DNA of 63,013 nt, the filler included, from Gonapodya sp. JEL0774 (taxonomy: Eukaryota), in NCBI GenBank assembly GCA_027604505.1. It is 40 parts of 40 records of this genome, joined end to end, with 100 filler letters (N's around TTAATTAATTAA, not from the genome) between each part and the next. Parts side by side here need not be neighbours in the genome. Positions count along the whole stretch, not along the records: positions 1 to 1,491 come from JADIIX010003064.1; positions 1,592 to 3,081 come from JADIIX010003065.1; positions 3,182 to 4,670 come from JADIIX010003066.1; positions 4,771 to 6,258 come from JADIIX010003067.1; positions 6,359 to 7,846 come from JADIIX010003068.1; positions 7,947 to 9,433 come from JADIIX010003069.1; positions 9,534 to 11,020 come from JADIIX010003070.1; 33 more parts are not named here. One strand, given 5' to 3'. Position numbers and translations under genes: made by a program. A model generated the notes under the pieces. The model was not told the origin of the DNA and made no database searches. It saw only the letters and a list, made by a program, of their open reading frames with translations. This document shows, one piece after another, positions 1 through 11,120 of this stretch. How positions within the stretch are numbered: the stretch's first letter is position 1; every line of letters starts with the position of its first letter.

Positions 1-28
1 CATTACATTTAATAGGGAGGAGAAGGTT

Positions 29-439
29 TTGTTGGAGACTCGGGGGTATTTCAAACTGGGAGAGGGCGATTGCGTTGTTAAGTGCTTAGTACCTAAGTAC
101 AACGTTCTTCTGTGTGGGACTAGTTCACGTGCACGTCCCCCATTTTCGTGTCAAGTAATTTGCCTCCCAATTCCCCCCGGTCCTCACACATTCTCAGACC
201 TTCCACCAAATGAACAACGATTGGTGTGGTGTACAAGTTTGCATATCTTACGCACCGACCGGAAGGACTACCACTGCAGCATCAAAGACATGTGTCCCGA
301 CGCTATCTGTGAGTACGGTCACATGGATACAACACCGGCAGTTTGGGATGCGTTGGGGATTCCTACGAGTGCTGGTTTAATTACAAGTGGTGCAACGGTA
401 AGTGGATGTGCCCCTATCCAATGTTCGGAGCTCTTCTGA
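29..439 (+). CDS. 3' part of a putative RlpA-like/expansin-like double-psi beta-barrel protein (probably spliced)
   Basis: C-terminal IKDMCPDAICEYGHMDTTPAVWDALG resembles the D-x-C-P-x-C...H-x-D-x-(S/T)...ALG motif of barwin/RlpA DPBB domains. Confidence 0.5.
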   Translation: MLETRGYFKLGEGDCVVKCLVPKYNVLLCGTSSRARPPFSCQVICLPIPPGPHTFSDLPPNEQRLVWCTSLHILRTDRKDYHCSIKDMCPDAICEYGHMDTTPAVWDALGIPTSAGLITSGATVSGCAPIQCSELF

Positions 440-933
440 CACTTCGACGTCAGTGGTGGCGATGTTAAAGCTACGAGCAGGACAACACATTTAGCACCAC
501 GAGGCTCGCTGAGAAGACTATTTTCCACTTTGAATACTACACATCAGAGATTTTATGTATTTCTCCGTACACACAGCACAGGATCTGGAATCCTGAATTT
601 TTATGTATTAGTTTTTAGCTTGCCAACCTTGATACTATGAAGTCGTGTACTCAGAGATTGTGGTGGAGAATGGCGGATGTGGCGCTCGAGAGATGAAAAT
701 TGGACCCTGCCAGCCCACCGAACCTCAATTTTCATTTTCTACCACTGACCATCCATCGCAGAAAGAGAGAATATTTAGAAAATGAGCTAGAGTCTGTCAT
801 GAAATAACCTCGATTGCAAGCTCAGAAACTGCATGTTGTTTGGGGCGGTGTGTTTTGTTCCTGAGGGCTTTCATTTTGCACTGCCGTTCGCTTCCTATTT
901 TGGAACACACATCCCATCAAACCGGACATTGGG

Positions 934-1491
934 ATGCAGGCCCGCGCCAGCACTCGGCCCTGGGGCAATCACGATCCGGATGACAGCGAGGAGTGGGAGT
1001 CGTCCAGCGAAACCTTTGACAGTCGCAGTCTCGGATCGGTGGTCGACGACCAACGTCATGTTTACGGGAACTACCACGACGAGGGACCGCAACAGTACGA
1101 GGAAGACTTGACCGCTTCAGAGCGACAAATCCCACCTTGGGAAGCGAAGTCGTCTGGCATCTACGCCCCCTCTGTCCGAGATCCCGCATCGGACTGGCCA
1201 GGACGAGCTCCCACATTCTACGGTCGGCAATCATCAGGATCGATGTGGGAGCAGGTCTCCGAAGCCGTGACATCCCGCAAGAACCGCCGGAAAGTGTTCT
1301 TTGTGGTGGGGCTGTTGGGACTGATTCTTATCGTGGGGTTAGCCACTGGGATCCCCATCAGCAAGCGCAACCAAGCTGCCGTTGAAAGCCAAAACAACGT
1401 GAATGATCTCAACATCGATGCGCCCAAGACAACTGCGACTGGCTCGTCGGGGAGGGCTTCAGCAGCCCCTGTTGCAGCTCAGGGTGCTGTG
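934..1491 (+). CDS. Hypothetical type II membrane protein, 5' partial
   Basis: Open frame with polar N-terminus, basic RKNRRK, then a hydrophobic helix VFFVVGLLGLILIVGLATGIPI; runs into the gap. Confidence 0.55.
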
Positions 1492-1591
1492 NNNNNNNNN
1501 NNNNNNNNNNNNNNNNNNNNNNNNNNNNNNNNNNNTTAATTAATTAANNNNNNNNNNNNNNNNNNNNNNNNNNNNNNNNNNNNNNNNNNNN
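1492..1591. other. Artificial contig linker N44-TTAATTAATTAA-N44 (first of ~39, recurring every ~1.57-1.59 kb)
   Basis: Identical 100-nt N-flanked six-frame-stop sequence between every segment; segment lengths fall from 1491 to 1465 bp, i.e. length-sorted contigs. Confidence 0.98.
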
Positions 1592-1741
1592 AGGCACTGG
1601 GTATAATCTAGCTGTTCCCATGGGAAGTACACATCTGTTACCATTACGAAAGATTTCAAAATGTTTAATGATGTGATTGCCCATGGGAAAGTTGTTTGAT
1701 TTGTCCACCCATGATGGCCCTCACAATCTCTCCTGAACTTC

Positions 1742-3081
1742 ATGCTTCCAAAAATAACCCACGCATCCTCTCTGCCCACCAATCACTCTCCTCTCCCCGA
1801 CGACGTTGTCCTCTCCATCTTTCACTTCCTGTCCTACGACGCCCTCTGTAGCGCGTTCCTTGTGTCCCACCGATGGAGCGAGCTCATCACTCGCCACGCT
1901 CCCACCGTCTGGGAGAGAATATGCCGCGATAGGTGGCGGCACTGGCAGAATGGGATGCCCCGCTTGGAAAATGGGAGAATTGTGATGCAAAGTGGGGCAA
2001 TGAAACCTGTTGGAGCTGGAGAATCGGAAGTGGAGGGACATATTGCGAGTACCGTTTTCGAAAGCTACGTGGATGTTTTTCTTTGGAGAGTCAAAATCGT
2101 GAGTTTTTCATGCAAGAGCTTACGGTAATGGCAACGATTCCACAGTGATTACAGGATCGCACAGTGCTTCGGCTGTTGAGTGAGATTCCAACAGACCACG
2201 GTAAAGCTCTCCCCCAGAAGTTTGCCATTTCAAGATATGGCCAAGATGCGATCGATGTTTTGGACCGCGTGATGACACCGGAGAAGCCCACGGGTGTGTA
2301 TCGTCCTACTTTCAGATTGCTGGACACTGCAAACCGTCCGCGCTCCAGACGCAGATCTTCAGTCCGCAGCACACGATCTCCGCGCCCATCTGCAACGCAA
2401 GATGATCGTAGACAAGTGGAGGCTGTTCGGTGCGGAGATGACCCTAGAGGAGAGGAGAGCAGAACAACTGGAAAAATGGACGTACCTCTTTTCTTTGTTC
2501 GCTGATTCGACTTTGGATCCTGATTTTGTGAGGCTGTCGATCGATGAACTGGCGAACGAGATGAGGCCTTCTCTTGAAGTAGCGGATGGGCAGTTGGGGA
2601 GAGCCAGGGAAATCGTCAAACAGTTGATCGAGGTGAGTGGGTGATTTCTTGACCTTTTCCTCTTGAGATGACGCTCCAGCACTCATGAATTATTCACATA
2701 ATAGCGTCACAGATTCAGCACCAATAGTCAGCATGAAAGGAGCGTCGACCATTCGCTCATGGACCGGGTACTCAAGACTCGAAAGGGCACACCACTCGCC
2801 TTGTGTGTGCTGTTCAGTGCGATTGCGAGACGATGTGGTGTTGATGTGGGAACTGTCTTATATCCGGGTCACGGTGGGTTCTCACATTCATATGTCATAC
2901 CGTGGCAGTTTGACCAACAACGCCATCTCGTCGTGTTCCCACACTGGAATCCAGTATTCTCTCGCGTAACAGACACCTCAGCCGTGCCCGCCCCGTTATT
3001 CTTCCATCGATATCTCTATCGGCGGCATCGAGCACACCGCTGCATATCTCCGCGATTCATACGTGGGGCTCACCGTTTGGT
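1742..3081 (+). CDS. F-box protein with a transglutaminase-like (Transglut_core2/SirB1) domain, FBXO21-like; spliced, 3' partial
   Basis: F-box LPDDVVLSIFHFLSYDALCSAFLVSHRW; downstream MDRVLKTRKGTPLALCVLFSAIARRCGVDV..V..PGH matches the SirB1/FBXO21 core. Confidence 0.75.
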
Positions 3082-3183
3082 NNNNNNNNNNNNNNNNNNN
3101 NNNNNNNNNNNNNNNNNNNNNNNNNTTAATTAATTAANNNNNNNNNNNNNNNNNNNNNNNNNNNNNNNNNNNNNNNNNNNNGA

Positions 3184-4670
3184 TGCTGGAATATAAAGGG
3201 CCCATCACCCTCGAACTTGCTGAAACGGGCATGACCTCGCCAACTTCAGCAGGTGCGTGGGCAATATTGTCACCTTGGCAGACTCACGATATAGCCATTC
3301 AGTGCTGTGCTCCGTTTGTTTGCAGAGGAGGTTTCGGAACCTGTTGCTATCGATTCTCGGACAGTAAAAAACTCAACAGACATAGAGTCACCATCCCGTT
3401 CCCAGCCCAACAGTTTGCGCATCGAGCTAGCCCATCGCAGTCTCACACCAGTGAATTCGAAACGAATAAGTATCACTCCTGTCCCAAGCACTCCCGAAAA
3501 CCGTCGCCGAAGCAGCGCCACCTTCTCCGGTGATGCTCCACCGTACTCTCCGTCTGTGGCGCCTTCCCTACGCTTACCACTGCCGGACAACAGGCCGAGC
3601 TCAATCATGGACGACTTTGACTTTGATGGAGAGATTGTGCCCGAAATATTCGATACTTCGCCGGAACCACCATACCCACCGGGGTTGCGGGATGTTCCGC
3701 TCTTCACACCTTGCACAGCCCGAATGGCTTTCGTTCCGAGCGATTACGATGAGATTGCAGTCAAGGAGGGTGATATTCTTGAGGTTACTTTGGCATATGA
3801 CGACGGTTGGGGCGAAGGACTCAATGTGACCACTGGAGAGCGAGGGATGTTCCCTTGTGCTTGGATTGTTGGACGTCTCTCCGAACCTAGTGTTGTTAGC
3901 AAGAGCAGTGCAATGGCCCTTCATAGAGGAGGAACGCTGTATTCTATCAGGAGGAAGCAAAGGGCACGGAATTCACCGCTGCCACACGAGACAACCCAAC
4001 AGAAGGAACTACCACCTACTCCAGGGGACATTCAAGGTCCTGTTGAGTCATGCTCTCTTGCAGATGGTGTCGTGGAGCCTCCTCTCCAAGTGGAATTCGA
4101 ACCTGGGGATGACATTGCCAACATGATGCCATCGCAAATAGAGCTTCACGTCACACCTCCAGACACCGCTCCTCCCGATATGTCCACAGCGACATTAGTC
4201 CCTTCAGAGGAACCGAGCCCTCTGTCAGACCCTGCCACTCTACCGCCACGAATCGAGCTCACAGATATTGTATCTACGAATCTTGGCGCTCCACTATTTC
4301 CCGAACTCACCTCTCTCCAACTGTCGAAAAGCAGTTTTCTTTCCGCGGATACCGAGACAGATCCGTCCCAAACCGACTCGAACACCGTTCCAGAATCTGC
4401 GGAGCCATCATCTCCGACAAACCCACACGGCGGTCGGGTGCCTGTATTCTCGGCGTTGATTCGCAGCCTCACTTCACAATCGTTTGCTTCCACGACGTCT
4501 TTGATGACGACGACATCACCGAGGCGACCAGGGTCTTCCATGGGATCCTCCATCACCTCCAGTTACGCGACCAGCACCATCGAAAGTGGTGGCACGCCGC
4601 GGACCTCGTTCGAGCAAAAATCAATAGCACCGTCTATCCTCTCGGTCGACGACCAGGGAAATATGACGTT
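3184..4670 (+). CDS. SH3-domain protein with a long Ser/Pro/Thr-rich region, partial
   Basis: ARMAFVPSDYDEIAVKEGDILEVTLAYDDGWGEGLNVTTGERGMFPCAWI is a canonical SH3 domain; 471-aa open frame. Confidence 0.85.
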
Positions 4671-6549
4671 NNNNNNNNNNNNNNNNNNNNNNNNNNNNNN
4701 NNNNNNNNNNNNNNTTAATTAATTAANNNNNNNNNNNNNNNNNNNNNNNNNNNNNNNNNNNNNNNNNNNNGGAGAAGGAGGAAGCGGAAGCTGCTCTTCG
4801 GCAGGAGCAAGAGGAGGAGAGGGTGGCCAAGCGAAAGGAGGAGGAGCAGTTGGCAAAGCAGACGGCAGAGGAGGAAGCAGCTCTGCAGCAGGAGGTGGGG
4901 GGGGAGAAGGATCGGACGGCGAGGGACATGGGCGGGGAGGAGGAACGGCCAGGCGAGGGACATTCCTGGTACAGACGAGGAGGACACTTTTGGCCTTATT
5001 TTTCCGGACACGGATGACCTGCGAGAAGCGGAAAAATCGCCCCCTGCTGAACCCCCACTTGCCGCCCTTCCACTGGTAGAAGTCGCCCCCGACAAACACT
5101 CCCCTGCCGACCCCACACTTGCCAACCTCTCCGCAGTGGACGTCCACCGTGCTGACTCCGCCCCCGCCGAGGCACCCATTGCTCCTCTTTCCCAGTCTCC
5201 CTTGTCCCCCAGTGACTTCCCTTCCAGCAACGACCCCCTGGCAACCTCTTCCATGTCACTGTTATCCCCGGTGACCTGTCCTCATCTGATGTTCCACCCA
5301 CCAACCTCTCCCTCCATGCCACTCCCCGAGCAGACTGGGACATGGAAGAGGACTTGAGTGGTGTGCTACGCAGCGCGCCAAACGAGCAAGCCTGTGAAGA
5401 AGGTGCACACGAAGGAAGCCAGGAAGACGTGAAGGAGCGGAAGGTACTCGATAAAGGTGGACGTTTTTGGAGCAATATCCTGCAGGAATCGGATCCCAAA
5501 CGGAAGCTTTATCCAGAACACGTGTTTGAAGGTTGAGAAGGGGGGAAATGGAGGGAGCGCACAAAAATATTTCTCAAAGATGTGGTGCATGCAGGAGAGA
5601 AATTTTCTGAACTGGCACATGTGTGGCTCCAGATCCTGCTGAAGTACGAGCAAGGGTACATTAAGTTCATGCGGGAGGGCACTCAGCAGCAAGTCCGATA
5701 CAAGAAGAAAAGAGGAAAGGCGGGATCATAAGTACAAAGTCATGATGCTAATAAATGCTACATCGCAATACCGCATGTGACCGACGTATTCTTCGGAATC
5801 AAGTGGGCTGCTCAAAATAGATGCATCGAATCAGCTGTCCAGTGTTCATCTGGGGTGCAGTTAGTTTCGTATCTGGTGAGCTCAGTTTCTCAAGCTACAC
5901 GTCATGGCATGACTTCTATAATTATTAATGTCTGTCATTTTCATGATTTTTGTCATGCTCACATGGCGAAATGATGATTGGGTGGGTTGTGTGTGTTTGA
6001 GGAAGTTGTTGGTGCATAGACCACACGTTGGCCGTGTGTGTCATGTGTGGACTGTGCAATTCGAGCCAACACCCTTCAAACTACTCCGCCGTCTTGTTCC
6101 CATCAAAAGACAATGCATTTGTATGTATTCAACCAGTTATTGACGTCAACTAAGTGTGACATGTAAGTACTGATATTAGTCTTCAGCAAGATGTGCAGGT
6201 TACTCACAAATAGACTTTGGAGAGCGTGGTTAGGCCCCACAACACATGTGTGGCAGACNNNNNNNNNNNNNNNNNNNNNNNNNNNNNNNNNNNNNNNNNN
6301 NNTTAATTAATTAANNNNNNNNNNNNNNNNNNNNNNNNNNNNNNNNNNNNNNNNNNNNGGAAGGTCGGAGCCAAACAATGACACTGGATAGAACACTCGG
6401 GCAACGGCGAACGACATCTGACTCACCGCAGAGGGGCCCAAGTGACATTAGAGAACGACCAGTCTCTTTTGCGCCTGCATTGCCGTCCTCGTCTCCCTCA
6501 AACTCTGCCCAGGCCCTCGTTCAGTGAAATGAAGAGGACGGAAATGGGC

Positions 6550-7272
6550 GCATGTGAAGTCGTCGCTGCCTTGTGTGCCCTCACTGCCCGTCTGCCAGAA
6601 CCGATTCGGCCCCTCAACAAACCCGTGCGGGGGGCCGGCTGGTGGCCGCAGCGGGCCCATCTGTCTGCCGCAGGCAATACGGGGAATGCACACTCTCTTC
6701 CGTGCCGGAGCCGACGTTCTCACAGGGGGGCGACCAGGCCCTCCAGTGCGGGGTGTCGGCAGGCGCCGCGGACCTGATCGGCGTGCACCTGGACTCGGGA
6801 GCAGATATTCACGTGGCAGGTGGCACGATACTTTTCGATAGCTTGTACACCTGCGCGTGACGTCATGAGGGTGCTGGAGGATCGCGGAGTGGATGTGAAG
6901 GCCAACGAGGACGTGGCACTGGTCGCGGCAATGCTTAGAGAAGTGGTCAACGTGGTGCGGTTCTTACTTACACGTGGGGCGCGTGTTGATGCGAAGGACA
7001 ATCGGGCTCTCCGCGGCGACGGAGCGGGGCAACGTGGACTGTGTGGTGTGCAGCTAAATCAACGAAACGAACGTGAAATGTAGTAACAGGGACGTGTTGT
7101 GGCGTCAGTGACGGGCGAGACAGGTGGGTGTTTTGAGTGTTTTGGTGAAGAGGGTCGGACGTTAGTATTGGGAGATGGAGTGGGAGCTTTCGAGGAGGCG
7201 AAATGGTAGGGGTACAGGGAGGTTATGAAGCTCATCGAGGAGCACGGAGCAATACCAGCGGACAGATTATAA
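6550..7272 (+). pseudogene. Degenerate ankyrin-repeat gene
   Basis: Ankyrin fragments split across frames (LFRAGADV, HLDSGADIH, VLEDRGVDV, VVRFLLTRGARVDAKDNRAL, EVMKLIEEHGA) with frameshifts and an in-frame TAG. Confidence 0.7.
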
Positions 7273-8114
7273 GTGAATCGGAACAATGGTGGTGGAGAAT
7301 AGGGGGTGTTGAGTGACTGTGTACCCAGTGACAATATGTAATAGCAGACACGCGAGCATGAGAACACAAGGTGTGAAAGTACAAAGCCCACGAACCAAAT
7401 CTTACTTGGAATAAACATAAGAAAAAATAAACGACAACCCAACAAAACCGTCCCACCTCCTGCCTCTCCACTTCCCAGAGTGACGTTTATAACCGTTCAT
7501 CAGGCACACTCCACCAACTCCCCCAGACAAAAAAGGACAGTCCAAGAACGGAACAGGCGTTGGCAAGTTTGTTTGAGATGTTTGATAAGCCTGTTCCATC
7601 GGAACCGTCCTTGAAGGAAGTTTGTGTGTCGGAAATATGAGGGGCAAGTGCGCTCGCTCAAATTTTCCGCCGGTGAGCACGTCTTCCAAACATGCTCTAT
7701 ATTCGTCAAAAGTTTCCAATTGGCGTTCGCAAAATCGAGTTTTGTGGATGAACCTCTCGACACTTTGGGGGTTATGCAGTTCAGGGCAGCGCTGTTATGC
7801 ATGCATCTCGGGTCTACCAAATTCAGTTCCATCCGAGGGCGTGCAANNNNNNNNNNNNNNNNNNNNNNNNNNNNNNNNNNNNNNNNNNNNTTAATTAATT
7901 AANNNNNNNNNNNNNNNNNNNNNNNNNNNNNNNNNNNNNNNNNNNNTCTCCAGATCACGATTATTGACATGTCCTAATCTGAGATGGGCCAAAGCATGGT
8001 GCATGTCTGCAGCAGTTTCAACACTTAACACCCTGGCAGTATATTCAGCAGGGTTCAACTTTGCTGTAATAGGCATCTCGTATAATCTCCCATTCAAAGA
8101 GTGTCCCCTGCAAA

Positions 8115-8408
8115 TGTTAAGGATAAAGAGACAATCCAGCACTCTGCCCCTGTACAGGTTTTGCCACATAGCTTAACAGGTTATGAGCCCGGACTGCTGA
8201 CAGAGAGGTCACATGTTCAAACCCCAGAGGGGGGAAAATTCTCCAATGCGGTGGCATGCAAAACTATCAGAGTTTGGCCCTTAAAAATGGAGATTTGTCC
8301 TGGGTCAGGCAACTCTGAAGCAGAGCTGCTGTCTTCAGGGGGAGTGTTAAGGATAAAGAGAGAATCCAGCACTCTGCCCCTGTATAGGTTTTGCCACATA
8401 GCTTAACA
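8115..8408 (+). mobile_element. Complete 294-bp TRIM-like non-autonomous LTR element with 64-bp LTRs
   Basis: LTRs 8115-8178 and 8345-8408 (62/64 identical, TGTTAAG...CTTAACA ends); PBS GGTTATGAGCCC 8179-8190; PPT AGGGGGAG before the 3' LTR; TSD GCAAA at 8110-8114 and 8409-8413. Confidence 0.92.
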
Positions 8409-8981
8409 GCAAATCTCCTTGCCATCAGCATCAGCCAGAATGCAAAGATTGGTTTTGGCAGGAACAGAGACACTGAAACCAAGTTTCTGCAATATAGTAG
8501 TTGCCAAAGTGTAGATCGTGCTCTTGGATGAAAAATCACTCTAGGAATGTTGATCTCAGTCTCAAAGCCCTTTCCATGAAATGTGACACCAACAAAGCCC
8601 CTCCCAAGTGCAGTTGATTTCTGACCCTTTGCAGCCAATGATAGAAAGATGTTCTCCTGCTGAAATGAAGTGAGACCCTGTCCAAGTGGTGTAATACAGT
8701 CTGATGCACCAGAATCAATGAGAAATCGATGTCCCTCATCACTGACAAGAAATGTCATTGAATCTGTATTGGCTGGATTGGTGGTGTCAAATGAGTATGA
8801 AAACGAGTTTGAGAACTTAGTTTGCGCAGACGTATCTTCATATTGGCCTTACTTGGTTGGGTCAGACACAAGCAGTCCCTTTTAGGAAGACAAAGGCCTG
8901 AATGCTCCGGCACACCCCGACCCAACCTTGATATTGTGGAGTGCACCCTTCGTAAATCTCTCTTCATGTTCTTGCCAGCTT

Positions 8982-9125
8982 TGTTGAGATGGATGTTGGG
9001 TTGCTTATTTATATTTTCTCTCTGCACACAACTGAGTTTACAAATTATGCCCTTCACCACACCCAGGTTGACATACAAGCCTTTTCCCACGCTCTTTACA
9101 TTCCTGAGAACAACCAAACTTGACA
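8982..9125 (-). repeat. ~144-bp copia LTR (minus-strand TGTCAAG...CTCAACA)
   Basis: Homologous over its whole length to 12809-13227 (after removing an insertion there), where it abuts a PBS; TG...CA ends. Confidence 0.75.
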
Positions 9126-10003
9126 CAATCCTCTCCAGATCACGAGAATTCACATGTCCCAAACGCAAGTGTGCCAATGCATGGTGCATATCAGCAGCTG
9201 TTTCAGCACTCAAAATCTTCACACTGTGCTCTGGAGGACTGAACTTCACAGTAATTGGCATGGTGTATAATCTCCCATTGGAGGAATGTCCTCTGCAAAT
9301 CTCATTGCCAGACGCATCACTCAAGACGCAAAGATTTGTTTGAGCTGGAAAAGACGTGCTAATGCCCAGTTTCTGAAGTGCAGTTGTTGCAATCAGCGTA
9401 GATCTTGCCCTGGGGTCGTAAATCACTCGAGGANNNNNNNNNNNNNNNNNNNNNNNNNNNNNNNNNNNNNNNNNNNNTTAATTAATTAANNNNNNNNNNN
9501 NNNNNNNNNNNNNNNNNNNNNNNNNNNNNNNNNTGCTTAATAACCTGTTTTAGGTGACCTCCCACTTTGTTGTGGTAGACTTTTTTGTACATACCGTATC
9601 GGGAGTACCGTGTACGCCGTGATCGACACAAAATCAATTGCGCTCCAGGGTTCGTCCTTACTCATTCACTGCCGTTCAACTTCTCTAAATGTTTTCTGGT
9701 CTGGCTTCTTGTCAGAGCCGTCGAACTCGCTGACCGCTTCCAGCGCATACTTGAGACTCGAGTCTTCCGGAAGAAAAGGACCGCAACGATAAAGAAGTGA
9801 GCGTAGAAAAAATTGAGTTGTAAAAGTCTAGCAGTATGAAAGATGAAAGCGGGAGCGTGTGACCGGAATGCCAAGGTCATGGCGGCGGTCGGGCAGTATT
9901 ACACAGCGCTATCACTCTCGAATTACTGAATATGTGCGCCTTTATAGTATATACGCAAACTGCACAGTCGAATTAAATTTAGAACGCTGGTACCCTATCA
10001 TCA

Positions 10004-10597
10004 TTACTTCCTAAGATCAATGGTCTTGCCTCCTTCCCCAGCTGGGGCTGTGACGCGAATCTCCGTAGATTGCATGGAAGGGGGAGCAGCAACGGGCTCC
10101 TTGCCACCAGGGGGAATATACGTGTATGGTGAAGTTTCTTTCTTGTGCGATGGGAACTCATCCTGCGAGTGAGATCCGGTTTCGAAAGTGCATAAAGTTC
10201 ATCTCTTGGGATGCAGACATGTCCAATCCTTTCCACGAGTACGCTCACCTGCCATGGCCTCGCATGAACTTCTATCTGAGTTTCAGGCTGCCCAGCGGCG
10301 GACTTGCGTCCACTTGAAGGTTTGGGACGACACCAGGTTCATGGAGCAATAATCGCACGGACGTTGACACCACTGCACAGACACACATGCACCGATAAAC
10401 TCACAGCAGAAAGCCCGCAGATGCAAAAATGATACTTGCAACTCCTTCGAAGCCGGGTTACCGAGCACTTGAGCGATATTCTGACCGGCAATTTTTCTCA
10501 ACCCACCTGCCAGCGGGTAAGTTTCCGGATCAATAGCGAGAAAGCGAAAGAATCCACGGTAAGTTCCAGCTCCCATAGTTGCTGCACCTCCGGGCAT
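10004..10597 (-). CDS. Four-exon 117-aa single-TM protein resembling fungal NDUFA4/B12D(MLRQ)-like small mitochondrial proteins
   Basis: Exons 10597-10507, 10444-10405, 10312-10249, 10162-10004 joined by GT-AG introns stay in frame: ...IDPETYPLAGVASIIFASAGFLLGRK...PWQ...YTYIPPGG...APPS...*. Confidence 0.65.
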
Positions 10598-10835
10598 TTT
10601 TGAAATTTAGTTGTGAGACTGACGTCACCGGTGCACCTTGGAAGAGTTCTTCCACTGTGACCACGGGCCCAACTGTGGCCGCCACCTCCATCCAGTTTCC
10701 AGCGAAACTATAAGTCGACTTCTCGACCCATCGTCCGCTCGGTTACATCTCCGTCGAGCAGCATATCGGCGTTGACGGCAGCGCTCCCGCCTACATACCT
10801 GAGAGAGCCGAGGGACTCAAATCACCGAGACAAAC

Positions 10836-11020
10836 ATGTCGCTCACGTCGAACCTCTCGAACCTCGGTTTTAATACCGGGTCCAGACAAGCCAGCGCTCA
10901 CAAGTTCCCGGATAATCTTGATGGCTTTGGCTACCACGTGACCGATGATGGTGAACTCAGACAAAAGGCGAATGGCGAGCGGTTCGTTTTCGAGGTGAAG
11001 ACCGGAGATAGAGGGTACAA
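10836..11020 (+). CDS. Arb2-domain (FAM172A-like) protein, 5' partial
   Basis: KFPDNLDGFGYHVTDDGELRQKANGERFVFEV matches the FP.TL.GFGY.F...G.LR....GE.FVF start of the Arb2 domain. Confidence 0.75.
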
Positions 11021-11120
11021 NNNNNNNNNNNNNNNNNNNNNNNNNNNNNNNNNNNNNNNNNNNNTTAATTAATTAANNNNNNNNNNNNNNNNNNNNNNNN
11101 NNNNNNNNNNNNNNNNNNNN

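Larger units (their letters stand above)
7947..9433 (-). mobile_element. Two decayed Ty1/copia pol fragments (protease to GAG-pre-integrase) separated by an LTR
   Basis: Aspartic protease FLIDSGASDCIT; HALAHLRLGHVN (GAG-pre-integrase) present twice; frameshifts; CpG-poor. Confidence 0.9.

Noticed and set aside
1536..1547. Regularly spaced TTAATTAATTAA palindrome as a biological repeat or CRISPR-like array
   Set aside because: Always embedded in 44-N flanks; it is a six-frame-stop contig linker.
4771..5730. Glu-rich coiled coil and Pro-rich reading frames
   Set aside because: Frames are broken by shifts and stops and no domain is recognisable; may be a decayed gene or TE but cannot be assigned.
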